Made by a program: the position numbers and the translations under genes. DNA of 63,675 bases, the filler included, from Octopus bimaculoides (taxonomy: Eukaryota): NCBI RefSeq assembly GCF_001194135.2. It is 6 parts of 5 records of this genome, joined end to end, with 100 filler letters (N's around TTAATTAATTAA, not from the genome) between each part and the next. Parts side by side here need not be neighbours in the genome. Positions count along the whole stretch, not along the records: positions 43,636 to 56,747 come from NC_068997.1; positions 56,848 to 60,467 come from NW_026357187.1; positions 60,568 to 63,675 come from NC_068994.1; 3 more parts are not named here. One strand, written 5' to 3'. Shown here one piece after another: positions 47,251-61,397 of this stretch (its first letter is position 1; each line of letters opens with the position of its first letter). A model generated the notes under the pieces. It did not search any database. It saw only the letters and a list, made by a program, of their open reading frames with translations, and was not told the DNA's origin.

Positions 47251-48254
47251 ATGTAGTAGATATATATGAGTGTGTTAGCTGTGATAGACTAGCGACCTAT
47301 ACAAAGGAAGACCCTTTCATCTGTCATCATATTCATGCCGGATAATATAGGACAGTGAGCAGTTCATACGATAAGAGCTGGATCAACTATGAATCTTTAA
47401 ACATTTAAAAGTCTCCTGTGAATTCGAACGTAGATAATAAGTAACGCAAACAAAAAAAAAGGAAAATAATATGACAGAGAGGGTAACTTTAAATTTGTGC
47501 TAAAATAGTTTATACTACAACCACATAGTTCTCGGTTCGATCTCACTTCGTGGCTTCTAAAATAAGTGACTGCTTTCGTTGTAGTCTCCCGGTAGTGCGT
47601 ACAATTTAGCTATTGTTGTGGTGTACCACAAATTAATTCCTGGTCTAGCATAATTATTTAGAAAAGAATTCCAGCTATGACTATCCCGACAATGTCTAAT
47701 CCCAACAATTACTATCCCAGCTATTGCCAGGTTTTAGGAGGTATCTACGGCTGCACTCTTATAGTGTGGTGATGCCTTAAAACCTGTCGGAGAAAATTTC
47801 CAAAGAAATTTGATTATTTCTTGTTAATTGAGCGATTATGTAAAAGCTTGCTAGACATAAACTTGAGTGGAAGAGTGCACTCTCTCTCCCTCTCACTCTC
47901 CCCTTTTCTCTCCCTCTCACTCTATCTAGCTTTACATACACTCACACACTCATACACACATAGATATATGTATGTATACATATATACATGTATATACGTA
48001 TAGTGTGTGTGAGTGTTTATGCATATATATATACTGGTACTCACTTTTATTTATACCTATATATATATGTGTGTGTGTTTATACATGTATATATGCATAT
48101 ATATGTATATATATACCTATATATGTATATAGACCTATATATATATTTATTTATNNNNNNNNNNNNNNNNNNNNNNNNNNNNNNNNNNNNNNNNNNNNNN
48201 NNNNNNNNNNNNNNNNNNNNNNNNNNNNNNNNNNNNNNNNNNNNNNNNNNNNNN

Positions 48255-48289
<35 letters not shown>

Positions 48290-48648
48290 GATTTTATTTT
48301 CATTATTCTTTTGATAATTTTTGTATTATCGTTTTCATACTACATGAATGAGCATTATGTAATTACTGTATAGATTAGTGTAAGGCACGGCAACATCGTA
48401 TTGGAAAACGATGAGTGTAAAGGGAAAAATTAATCGAATACACCAGTTTTACTAAACATATATCAAGAGGAAATAATAGCAACTTGATTGAAATTCGACA
48501 ATGTATGTATGTATGTATGTATGTATAAACTATTCATACAGACATATACATATATGTGACAACTTTCATACATACATTCATAGATATATACAGACTTATA
48601 TATACATGTATATATAATATAATATTATATATATATATATGTATATAA

Positions 48649-48685
<37 letters not shown>

Positions 48686-49479
48686 NNNNNNNNNNNNNNN
48701 NNNNNNNNNNNNNNNNNNNNNNNNNNNNNNNNNNNNNNNNNNNNNNNNNNNNNNNNNNNNNNNNNNNNNNNNNNNNNNNNNNNNNNNNNNNNNNNNNNNN
48801 NNNNNNNNNNNNNNNNNNNNNNNNNNNNNNNNNNNNNNNNNNNNNNNNNNNNNNNNNNNNNNNNNNNNNNNNNNNNNNNNNNNNNNNNNNNNNNNNNNNN
48901 NNNNNNNNNNNNNNNNNNNNNNNNNNNNNNNNNNNNNNNNNNNNNNNNNNNNNNNNNNNNNNNNNNNNNNNNNNNNNNNNNNNNNNNNNNNNNNNNNNNN
49001 NNNNNNNNNNNNNNNNNNNNNNNNNNNNNNNNNNNNNNNNNNNNNNNNNNNNNNNNNNNNNNNNNNNNNNNNNNNNNNNNNNNNNNNNNNNNNNNNNNNN
49101 NNNNNNNNNNNNNNNNNNNNNNNNNNNNNNNNNNNNNNNNNNNNNNNNNNNNNNNNNNNNNNNNNNNNNNNNNNNNNNNNNNNNNNNNNNNNNNNNNNNN
49201 NNNNNNNNNNNNNNNNNNNNNNNNNNNNNNNNNNNNNNNNNNNNNNNNNNNNNNNNNNNNNNNNNNNNNNNNNNNNNNNNNNNNNNNNNNNNNNNNNNNN
49301 NNNNNNNNNNNNNNNNNNNNNNNNNNNNNNNNNNNNNNNNNNNNNNNNNNNNNNNNNNNNNNNNNNNNNNNNNNNNNNNNNNNNNNNNNNNNNNNNNNNN
49401 NNNNNNNNNNNNNNNNNNNNNNNNNNNNNNNNNNNNNNNNNNNNNNNNNNNNNNNNNNNNNNNNNNNNNNNNNNNNNNN

Positions 49480-49528
<49 letters not shown>

Positions 49529-49779
49529 ACATATATATGCGTAAATATTTTTGTACATTTAGACTATATTGTTTTTAGATGTTTAATTCCATACATATTG
49601 TAATATATTCCGGCTTCTGTTTCTTTTGTTTTTTTGTTTTACGTGTCGTGAGAATAATTTTTGCATATTTAGAATATATATAGGAATGTCTATATATTGG
49701 TCGATTAAATTTTAACAATCAGCCAATTGGATCAATGAAACAGTGAATATACGTATCTCTCTCTGTCTCTCTCTGTCTT

Positions 49780-49864
<85 letters not shown>

Positions 49865-49891
49865 GTCTTTATCTCTCTATCTCTCTATCTT

Positions 49892-49926
<35 letters not shown>

Positions 49927-50151
49927 GTTTTTTTCTTTCTCTCTGTCTTTCTCTCTCTCTCTCACACACATACACGCACAAACATATGCTTATATACAAC
50001 CCATAGAATAAGAGCGATATATGAAAGCCTCCCAGCTATGAAATCTCAAAATTAAATGAATATTCCTAACAGCTGAAGAGACAATATACATGCATACACA
50101 CATATATATATATATGTATATATACATATACATACATAAATACACCCCCCC

Positions 50152-50198
<47 letters not shown>

Positions 50199-50331
50199 AT
50201 ATGTTTGTATATATCAATGAGTGACTGAGAGAAATATTTGAGAGACCGAAAAGATACGTGGATATGAATACACAAAAGATATATGAATAGAATCGTAATT
50301 ATACGTGCATATAATTCCAGAGAGAGAGAGT

Positions 50332-50364
<33 letters not shown>

Positions 50365-50464
50365 AAACGGCGGGAGAGGAGGAAGAGAGGAAATGATAGC
50401 GGGAGACAAACGTATGTGTTTATCTGTAAATGAGAAAAGAAAATTACGTGTAACTTACAGTCAT

Positions 50465-50847
50465 CATGTGTTACCATCATTTTCGACCTCCTCCACGTCC
50501 GCCTCCACCTCATCATCATCATCATCATCATCATCATAATCATCATCATTATCGTCATCATCGTCATCACCATTGTATTTATTTTCATAATCATCAATGT
50601 TGTCAGCATCATCATTATCTACGACATCATGTGCGTGAATCGCTACCGTCATCATATATATCAGCAGACAACCCCCTCCTCCTCCTCTTCTTCTTCTTCG
50701 TCTTCTTCTTCTTCGTCTTCTTCTTCTTCGTCTTCTTCTTCTTCGTCTTCTTCTTCATCTTCTTCATCCTACTCATCCTGATCGTCGTCGTCGTCATCAT
50801 CATCATCATCAGCATCATCATCATCATCATCGCCATCATCATCGCCG

Positions 50848-50881
<34 letters not shown>

Positions 50882-51087
50882 CATCATCAACGCCGTCATC
50901 ATCATTCTAATCGTCATCATCATCGTCATCAACATCATGAACGTCATCAACATCATCATAGTTATCAGCATCATCATCGTCATCATCGTCATCATCATCA
51001 TCGTGGATAGCCTCACTGCTCATCTCAGTACTACCAGTATCAACAACCTCAACAGCAGCAACAACACCAACAGCAACAATTGATTGC

Positions 51088-51130
<43 letters not shown>
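50465..51130. repeat. (CAT)n/(CTT)n/(TAG)n trinucleotide mosaic
   Basis: Direct inspection. Confidence 0.93.
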
Positions 51131-51923
51131 TGGACATAAGAAACCCTCTTTCACAGTTCTTCTCTTCCCATCCACTATGTTTTCTTCATCATCAAATAAA
51201 ACAAACATGTTCAACAAATAGGAACGATAAACCGTGTGAGATCTGTTTAAGTTTTAGCACATGGGACGTACAGCAATAGAAGTACCAGCATATATACATA
51301 CATATATACATACATATATACATACATACATACATATATACATGCATGCATACATACATACATACTCACTTTCACATGTACATATTAAGAAATATAACTT
51401 ATACATGTATATATGTATATATATATATATGTATANNNNNNNNNNNNNNNNNNNNNNNNNNNNNNNNNNNNNNNNNNNNNNNNNNNNNNNNNNNNNNNNN
51501 NNNNNNNNNNNNNNNNNNNNNNNNNNNNNNNNNNNNNNNNNNNNNNNNNNNNNNNNNNNNNNNNNNNNNNNNNNNNNNNNNNNNNNNNNNNNNNNNNNNN
51601 NNNNNNNNNNNNNNNNNNNNNNNNNNNNNNNNNNNNNNNNNNNNNNNNNNNNNNNNNNNNNNNNNNNNNNNNNNNNNNNNNNNNNNNNNNNNNNNNNNNN
51701 NNNNNNNNNNNNNNNNNNNNNNNNNNNNNNNNNNNNNNNNNNNNNNNNNNNNNNNNNNNNNNNNNNNNNNNNNNNNNNNNNNNNNNNNNNNNNNNNNNNN
51801 NNNNNNNNNNNNNNNNNNNNNNNNNNNNNNNNNNNNNNNNNNNNNNNNNNNNNNNNNNNNNNNNNNNNNNNNNNNNNNNNNNNNNNNNNNNNNNNNNNNN
51901 NNNNNNNNNNNNNNNNNNNNNNN

Positions 51924-52085
51924 TGGTGTGTTTACGTCTCCGTAACTTAGCGGTTTGGATAAAGAGAGCGATAGAATAACTACTAGGCTTACAAAGAATA
52001 AGTCCTGGGGTCGATTTGCTCGACTAAAGGCGGTGCTCTAGCATGGCCGCAGTCAAAATGACTGAAACAAGTAAAAGAGTAAAAA
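51924..52085 (+). mobile_element. SINE family A 3' half
   Basis: tggtgtgtttacgtctccgtaacttagcgg...gtcctggggtcgatttgctcgactaaaggcggtgct...gtaaaagagtaaaa. Confidence 0.9.
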
Positions 52086-54156
52086 ATAATACATATTTAT
52101 ATATGCATACACACACACACACATACACACACACATGCACACACATAAAAGCCTCTGAAATGTTAATTAATGAAACAAAACTCAATATGAATTTGAATTT
52201 CATATTTTATGAAAAATATTAAATTCAGATTGTTCCCTAATCCTAGAAACTTGACAAATAATATTTTTTATTTCTAGAAAATGCAACCCATAGAATAAGA
52301 GCGATATATGAAAGCCTCCCAGCTATGAAACCTCAAAATTAAATGCTTACTCCTAACAACTGAACAGGCAATACTTTTAAATGCTCATGAAACCGGCCTT
52401 GGACTCGAGCATTCGACCCATAAAATCACAAAGAAATATTATTCACTTTGAATAAATACATGGCTCTTTTTTTCGAGAACAAGGAAGAAAATTAAACCAA
52501 TAAATAAAGAAAAAGAAAATTTATGAGAAAGTAAAGTATTTAAAAATAATATTGTTGTCATTCCAGAGAAAATAAAATTTAATAATTTTATCGAAAAATG
52601 TATAGTTACAAAAAAAAAAAGGAAAAAGGAAAAAAAAAAAAAAGAAATTTAAATGCGCGAATAAAGAAAATGACCCCCTAACAACGGGAGATGACAATAT
52701 CTGGAAAAAATTCTTAGGGTTCCTTGAATTGTGAGCCCTCCTGCTCACAATTCTCCTCAATAGAAATTTCACCATAACAACTGGAAATTTTCTTAATGTC
52801 ACCGAAATTTACAGAAATTTCATTTTTATAGATGTTCTAGAAATTTTAATTTAAATCGTTGCCAAACTGCCAAAGCCTTAAAACTTAGATGGCGCAACGT
52901 GTCTGCTCGACATAGTAAAAAGAGACGCCAAATCTTCATTTATAGCATATAGTATTGTGTCTAAAAAGTTGAGACGAAGGTCATATTGAATGGTATCGTC
53001 CGATTTTGTATCTTTTACACGTTTCATTTATTGGACTGCAGCCATGCTAGGTCAGCCCCTTGAAGTGATTAGTCAAAAAAATTGACCCCCCCCCCCAAAA
53101 AAAAAAAAAAAAAAAAAAAAAANNNNNNNNNNNNNNNNNNNNNNNNNNNNNNNNNNNNNNNNNNNNNNNNNNNNNNNNNNNNNNNNNNNNNNNNNNNNNN
53201 NNNNNNNNNNNNNNNNNNNNNNNNNNNNNNNNNNNNNNNNNNNNNNNNNNNNNNNNNNNNNNNNNNNNNNNNNNNNNAAAAAAACAAAAAAAAAACAAAA
53301 AAAAACAAGCATTGCATTTCGTGATGACGTTTCCAGCAAACTATAAGGTTATTTACAGAAGATTCTTTCGAAAGTCACTTTCAGCTGTACGACTCATTAA
53401 GTCACCAATAGTAGGGCAAAATGAGAACACAAATTCTTGAAGAGATGGAAATCGAGATAAGATAAATAATTACAATATAAATATATAGAAGTTAAAAATA
53501 AGAAAAGAAGATTATCACATCGTCAATGTTAATATGGCATAGGCATTTAGGAATATAAAATAATTTTACAGCTTTAATTTTGCTGATATACATCACATCG
53601 GTCGAACTTTTTCATAAAACAAAAATAAAAGAGAGGAGATGATTTCGAAATGCCGACAGAAGCATAAATTATTTCTGAAGAATTTCGGAGAAGACCGTTC
53701 GATTGTATAACAATCGAATATAGATATCTAGGATTATGTAGCCATGTTAAAAGCGTGTCATGGAATTCACACAGTTTAGGCTCTTAAACAATGACTTTGC
53801 AGTTTGCTGACGTATACAGTTCAACGAAGAGACAATTGAACGAAACATTGACACCAATATGCAAACGAATTTTGTCCAACACTTAGAGAAACATACATAC
53901 ACACAAACAAACATGCATACATACATACATAAATACATACATACATACACACAAGCACACATACATACATGCATGTATGCATACATACATACATGCATAC
54001 ATACATAGATAAATACTTACACATCATTACCCCCACACAAACGCACACATTTGCATACAGACAGACACGCAGAAATACACATATAAGAATATGACACAGC
54101 GAAAAATAATTTCAAAAGTACAATAGTAACAACATCCCCACCACCATCACCACCCT

Positions 54157-54199
<43 letters not shown>

Positions 54200-54858
54200 C
54201 ACCACCACCACTGCTACTACACAAGGATGACAAATTAGTTATACTTACTTTTGGTTTTATATTGTTTAAATGTTTTTTGTAGGTCAAGAGTGTGTATTTA
54301 TTTATATGTTTAGAAATTCATATTTTTGGATCCATCCATCCATCCATCCATCTATCTATCCAACCATACATAATCACAAATACATATAGGTATGCTTATA
54401 CATACATGTATATATTTATATAAATGCATATATATAAGTATATATCTATAACCGTATACATCTACAAATACAGACACGCACAAAACATACACACACACAA
54501 CACACGTATATATATATTTATATACACACATTATGGCTACAACTAAAGGGCTTCATACATTTATTTGTGCATTACACACTTTATACATTTTCAGATATGC
54601 ATTTTGGGCGCATTCATGGTCCAATTTAATCAATCGATCGATTGATTGGTTGAAAATGTAGTGAACGACCGTCGCAATGCGATCTTCATCAGAGGTTCAT
54701 ATATATAACAAAACAGGAAAATGGAAATTTTCCATCGCACGTGTTTCATTTGTTGATAGGAATTACAAAGATTATGGATACATATTGATTGTGATAATGG
54801 AATAAACAGATGAACTTTAAGAAGAAGCAGCTGGGATTTACCCTAACACCCTCCTCTC

Positions 54859-54908
<50 letters not shown>

Positions 54909-55278
54909 GTTATTCAGTTTATTTCAAGTTTTCATGCTAATAGAGAGAGAGCTGGTTTCTATCCTTGATGTGTATGTATGTATGTGTTATGTATGTAGTC
55001 TCATGTATATAGCTGCGTGTCTAGACACGCTCATAAATGATGAACTTCTAAAATGTTTTACAGATCTTTATAGTTCCAGTGATGACTTTGATCCGTAGTC
55101 TTCGAATCAGCTTTCTCCTTTCTAACTTTGAGAAGCCTATTTGCTCAGGACTGGTATTTAGGCAGTGTTACATATCTCAGTACCCCCAAAATTACATGTA
55201 TAAACCTGAACTTGTAATCTGGTTAGAGTTACTGTAGAGTTACTGGCATGTATGTATGTATGTATGTATGTATGTATG

Positions 55279-55309
<31 letters not shown>

Positions 55310-55946
55310 TTGCTCAGTTTTATTTCAAGATTTCTTGCCAATAGACAAATAATTTCTTTGTAACCTAGATTCAAGGCTCCTTCATTGGAATTTCAACATC
55401 AAGAACAGGGTATGTATGTATGTATGTATGTATCTATGTATGTATGTATGTATGTATGTATGTTTGTATGTGTGAAGATCTGTATGTTTTGCATTATGTA
55501 TGTATTCTCATGCATGTAGTTGCATACGTAGACATGCATGTATGAATATATGCATATGTATGTATATATATTAATAGTTATCGCCAAGTCAAAATAGCAG
55601 TCCCAAAAATAGGACGAATGCTGCAGTTGATTAGCTCCAAGAGGCCATCGCCTCTTGCTAGTCATGTGACACACGAACCTGTGTCCATTATAACCTTCGA
55701 ACAGGAGAGGTCAGCCGCTTCCTCTTTGCTGGTCTGGCATCTACAGACTAGTTTCAGGGTGTTTTCCCCTTATCAATGTAGAGCAGCCGAATCCAGCAGG
55801 CGTCGCTGTATGTATATTTATATATATGTATATACGTATATATATGTGTGTGTGTGTTTGAATGTGTATAACCATTTGATGAGCATTACAGTTACATTTG
55901 TAATTTTGGTTCTTGTTCTTACTGATAACGACGCACAGGATGCTAC

Positions 55947-55977
<31 letters not shown>

Positions 55978-56294
55978 TGTATCATGTCGTTGGTATTGCT
56001 TCGTAGTATAGGTATCGGCAGGTGTAGAAGTGGTGATATTAGTGTGGAGCCTGGGGTGCATTTAGTTTTGCTGTTGGTGGTAGTGGTGAAGCTGGTATGG
56101 ATAATGAAGTATGCTGGAGTTGATGGTAATGAAGCTTAGACTCCTGTTGTTATTGTTGGAGAAGGACTTCCTCGTNNNNNNNNNNAGAAGGTAACTGTTT
56201 GTTTGTAGTGATGGCTCTGGAAGAATGATATGCTGGTAGTGTCGGTGATGATGATATTGGTGGCTGAGATGGTGCCAGTATTGGTAGTAGTGGT

Positions 56295-56420
56295 GGTGGT
56301 GGTAGAAGAAGAAGAAGAAGAAGAAGAAGAAGAAGAAGAAGAAGAAGAAGAAGAAGAAGAAGAAGAAGAAGAAGAAGAAGAAGAAGAAGAAGAAGAAGAA
56401 GAAGAAGAAAGAGATGAAGA
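56295..56420. repeat. (GAA)n microsatellite within a low-complexity tract
   Basis: Direct inspection. Confidence 0.96.
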
Positions 56421-56675
56421 AATGGTGGAAGTAGCTGTGGCAGATAGAGTCTCCAAGTTCCCTCGTAAATCTATCAGTGAAAATTACTGAGCGTAGAAAA
56501 TAAACTAGCCAGGGGTATGATGAGGCGTTGGAAGAGAAATGGCGGAGGAGTGAGAGGAGGAGTGAGAGGTGACAGAGGGTTTTGCACACACATACACACA
56601 TGCACACATATATATATATACGTACACACACACACATATATATATACGTATGTATATATACGTACGTACATATAG

Positions 56676-56743
<68 letters not shown>

Positions 56744-56747
56744 TACC

Positions 56748-56847
56748 NNNNNNNNNNNNNNNNNNNNNNNNNNNNNNNNNNNNNNNNNNNNTTAATTAAT
56801 TAANNNNNNNNNNNNNNNNNNNNNNNNNNNNNNNNNNNNNNNNNNNN
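56748..56847. other. Assembly spacer N44-TTAATTAATTAA-N44
   Basis: 12-mer at 56792-56803. Confidence 0.98.
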
Positions 56848-58136
56848 TCTATAATCATATGGTGCCTAAAAGTATATAAGTATGTGTAGCATACGTAGTA
56901 TGTATTTGCTTTGTTTTCACATGTACATGATTATTGTAAACAGGATAACGATTGGCTGTCTGTAGTTTGTTATTACTTTCTTTGGAAACAGGTGAGGGCT
57001 GGCAACAGGTAGAGCAATCAGACATAATGATCTGCCTCAATGAAGTTTCACTTGATCCATGAAAGCATTGAAAAATGACCATAAAGAACGATGATGTTGA
57101 CAGTTATGTGTGTGCGCATATATTTAACACCGTTTCTTGAGCTCTCAACACCTCATTGAGTTGTAAGAATAGCTATGTGATACACGATGTGTTTGAGGCA
57201 TTTTAATTCTGGAGAAGTCTTTTTCTCTACATATGTAACCTCTGCCAATGTCTTCAACACAGAAAGAGAGATGTAGTAGAAGAGGAAGAACAAGATGAAC
57301 GCAACAACAATGATGGCAAATATACTCCAGTACTTGATTCTTTATCGATCTTAAAATGATGAAAAGTAAAGTTGAACTCCCTAGGAATTGAACTCTGAGC
57401 ACCAGAACAAATTCTGCAAGCAGTCTTCTGTAAAGTGTGTTAATGACTAACTTAACCCCAAAATGAACAAGTTAACGTAGGTTAAATATGTATTGAAATA
57501 ACAATAATATAAATCCTTCACTTGTATTACTCTTTGAATATATTATGACTTGAAAGAGCGTCATTAGAGAAATGTGATCAGGCTGCACTTGGCCAGGTAA
57601 TAACAACCAAACCATTAATTACATTATACACAGGTATATGTTCATTGGTGTATCTGATGAAATTGTCTAATTTTTAGACATTCTCTTAGTTTACAAATAT
57701 ACAAATATACAAAGAAATATACAAATATAAATGTCAAAGTAATCAAATACATTTTGAATAATAATTATAAAAATAAAGTTTGATTTTAAATAATTGATCT
57801 TTTAGCTGAAGGCAGAGACATATTGTAGAGATTACATTGAAGTAAATGAAGAAAACAAAGTTTATATTTTATATCCATAAAATTGACTTATAAATTATAA
57901 TTTTCATTGAAATATAAAATCCAAAACTACTTGTCATTGGATATACTTTAGGTTTTTTTCTTTAAAATTCAAATATTTTTCAGATGGTTTTAAAAAAGTT
58001 TAAACTTTCTATTGTTTCCTGTGAAAAAAATTGAAATATTAGACACATTTTATTGTCTATATAATATGAGAAAATAAATACAAATGTGAATGTGTATGTA
58101 TACATACACACAATCATACATACACACAATCATACA

Positions 58137-58172
<36 letters not shown>

Positions 58173-58581
58173 TATATACATACACACTATAGGTGCTCAA
58201 ATCCCACAGTGGGCTACTTAATCTATTGCCTATTTAAACACCACCAGCTTGAGTTCCTTTTAGCAGAGGATTTCTCTGCTGTGTGCATTCATGTTAGGTC
58301 TCCAGTTTTGAGGATATTGTCATTCAGTTTTGCAACCCTGGAAAAACAAAGGATCTTGTGGAGGACAGTTCTCTCCTTCAGTAAAGCTTACGAAATAATT
58401 TTAGAGCCATAAAATTGATTTCCAGAGTCTGAATTTCACATGGGAATTAGAAATCCACTGGTAACTGCCTAAAATACGATATCATTAGATGAACATTTTC
58501 ATTCTGTTAATTTCCATCAGTTTTTACATAGCTATAACCCAAGTATGCTTTATATTATATTCTATAAATGTAAATGAAATG

Positions 58582-59581
58582 GGCATAACTACAGGGTTTT
58601 ACCCCCCAGATTTTGGGAGGTCATAACTTTCAGAAAAATGAATATTTTTTCATGAAATTTTCTATGCATATAGTATTTACTATGTAGAATCCGCTGANNN
58701 NNNNNNNNNNNNNNNNNNNNNNNNNNNNNNNNNNNNNNNNNNNNNNNNNNNNNNNNNNNNNNNNNNNNNNNNNNNNNNNNNNNNNNNNNNNNNNNNNNNN
58801 NNNNNNNNNNNNNNNNNNNNNNNNNNNNNNNNNNNNNNNNNNNNNNNNNNNNNNNNNNNNNNNNNNNNNNNNNNNNNNNNNNNNNNNNNNNNNNNNNNNN
58901 NNNNNNNNNNNNNNNNNNNNNNNNNNNNNNNNNNNNNNNNNNNNNNNNNNNNNNNNNNNNNNNNNNNNNNNNNNNNNNNNNNNNNNNNNNNNNNNNNNNN
59001 NNNNNNNNNNNNNNNNNNNNNNNNNNNNNNNNNNNNNNNNNNNNNNNNNNNNNNNNNNNNNNNNNNNNNNNNNNNNNNNNNNNNNNNNNNNNNNNNNNNN
59101 NNNNNNNNNNNNNNNNNNNNNNNNNNNNNNNNNNNNNNNNNNNNNNNNNNNNNNNNNNNNNNNNNNNNNNNNNNNNNNNNNNNNNNNNNNNNNNNNNNNN
59201 NNNNNNNNNNNNNNNNNNNNNNNNNNNNNNNNNNNNNNNNNNNNNNNNNNNNNNNNNNNNNNNNNNNNNNNNNNNNNNNNNNNNNNNNNNNNNNNNNNNN
59301 NNNNNNNNNNNNNNNNNNNNNNNNNNNNNNNNNNNNNNNNNNNNNNNNNNNNNNNNNNNNNNNNNNNNNNNNNNNNNNNNNNNNNNNNNNNNNNNNNNNN
59401 NNNNNNNNNNNNNNNNNNNNNNNNNNNNNNNNNNNNNNNNNNNNNNNNNNNNNNNNNNNNNNNNNNNNNNNNNNNNNNNNNNNNNNNNNNNNNNNNNNNN
59501 NNNNNNNNNNNNNNNNNNNNNNNNNNNNNNNNNNNNNNNNNNNNNNNNNNNNNNNNNNNNNNNNNNNNNNNNAGTTATGCC
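58582..59581. mobile_element. Cut-and-paste DNA element with GGCATAACT termini and 8-bp TSD (Merlin-like), mostly gap
   Basis: ATGAAATG (58574-58581) | GGCATAACT (58582-58590) ... AGTTATGCC (59573-59581) | ATGAAATG (59582-59589). Confidence 0.7.
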
Positions 59582-60467
59582 ATGAAATGTTTTACTTGTA
59601 ATATAACACTGTAAAACGTTCCAACAGTTTTCAATCTATAAAATACTGTCTGAACATAAAACAAATTCCTATATAAAAGTATATTAATTTTTCAAATGAA
59701 TCTTTAACGATATAAATGTGTTATTAAGTTGTCTTAATTAATGCAAGACGCAACGAAAATTTTAGGAAAACAAAAAGAAAAATAAGTGGAAATTTTACCG
59801 GTGAGTGTGTTAAATTTTAAGGCACCAAAAGAGAATGATTCTTCCCAGACACAACAGAATATGCTTCAACACAGGAACTCAAAAAGAATTTTGCAAACCA
59901 AAGCCAGAAACGAAATTAATTAAATTAGTTATCACAATGATATTTACCAGAGTCTATGATTGGGTTTCCACTTCAGCCTAAAGTTTTTCATTTCTTGGAA
60001 ATACGTTGTGGGTTCAGTGCATTGAAGGACGGCAAAAATGTAACATCCGCAACCGTCGACGTGTGTGTTGTAACTTAGCAAAGAGAAAGATATAGGCATG
60101 TGGGCGTTACTTCGCAGCAGAAGTTCTTGCTTAAATGTGTGTTTGTGTATGTATGTGTGTAAGCTGTAATATGATGCATGTTTGTGAGTGTTTAATAAAA
60201 AATGTGTGTCTCATGTGTACGTATGACTGTATAAATTTGATTAAAGGTGTGTGTGCGTATGTTGTAGTGTGCATGTATATGCTTGATTAAAGTTATGTGT
60301 GTGTTGTAGTATGTGTATGTATGTTCGCTACACACACACACATGTATTTATATCTATATACACACACAGAGGAGAGGGAGAGAGATGTATTTGCATAGCA
60401 AGTGACCTGATCTGAGGTTGTGTGCTGGAACGAAAACAATTGCAGCGTGGAAAGTGTTTATAAGCCA

Positions 60468-60567
60468 NNNNNNNNNNNNNNNNNNNNNNNNNNNNNNNNN
60501 NNNNNNNNNNNTTAATTAATTAANNNNNNNNNNNNNNNNNNNNNNNNNNNNNNNNNNNNNNNNNNNN
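60468..60567. other. Assembly spacer N44-TTAATTAATTAA-N44
   Basis: 12-mer at 60512-60523. Confidence 0.98.
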
Positions 60568-61347
60568 AAAACATGCTTCCAATTTAGCATTCTGCCTTAT
60601 TCTTCATTTTCCTATTATTTCTCCACGTGCGGTTAACACAACCTCACTATTCACTGCCTCATTAAGGGATAATAATATCCAATGAATTTACTGCTTTATT
60701 ACCTGCTATTTATTTTGAATATTAATATTAATACTCAAAAATCGGTAATTAAATAAAACAAGGTATATATTTAAAGAAAATAGAGATCAATGAATTATTA
60801 ATTATTAAAATATAAATATAATTATTAATTGATTTATCTCTATTTTCTTATTTTTCTGATATATATATATGTAAAGACAGACAGACAGATAGATAGACAT
60901 GTCAAACAGAAATACATGCACACACACACATACACATATGTATATATATCTTTAAATATGATAATAATATTCTTACCTTTCTTCTCTACACCCCACAGGC
61001 ATACCACACACCTCACATCTCATAGCAAAGAGAAAACCTCCTGGTAGTTTCTTGACTTGCTAGAAATAACAAACAAATTTCCCAGAAACTATATCCTATT
61101 ATCTTAAGAACAGAAGAGCACAATGAATAGTGTAGTCCTAGATGCATCATAACTGGAAAAGTAGAAAGGTTGGTCAGGACTTGAATACTTTCAATCATAG
61201 ATTAGTGCTGAACTGGGGACAAGCAACGTTAAATACAATACCATTGGACTACAGCCCATACACACCACAATCTATACATACAACCAAGTAAAAATGTGCA
61301 GAGGTAGTAGCAGGTAGATGTGGGACAGATAATAATTTTAGCAATTA

Positions 61348-61397
<50 letters not shown>

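Noticed and set aside
51085-51217. Minus-strand TVKEGFLCPH(Y)13CNQ resembling the Rabenosyn-5/EEA1 N-terminal zinc finger
   Set aside because: The CxxC is split by a (TAC)n microsatellite, no His pair follows, and the context is low-complexity; probably chance.
54628-54647. 20-bp perfect palindrome AATCAATCGATCGATTGATT
   Set aside because: It is built from low-complexity ATCA/ATCG units and is isolated.
55930-56560. Ser/Thr- or Glu-rich reading frames around the (GAA)n tract
   Set aside because: Stops flank the repeat in the candidate frames and the composition is explained by trinucleotide repeats.
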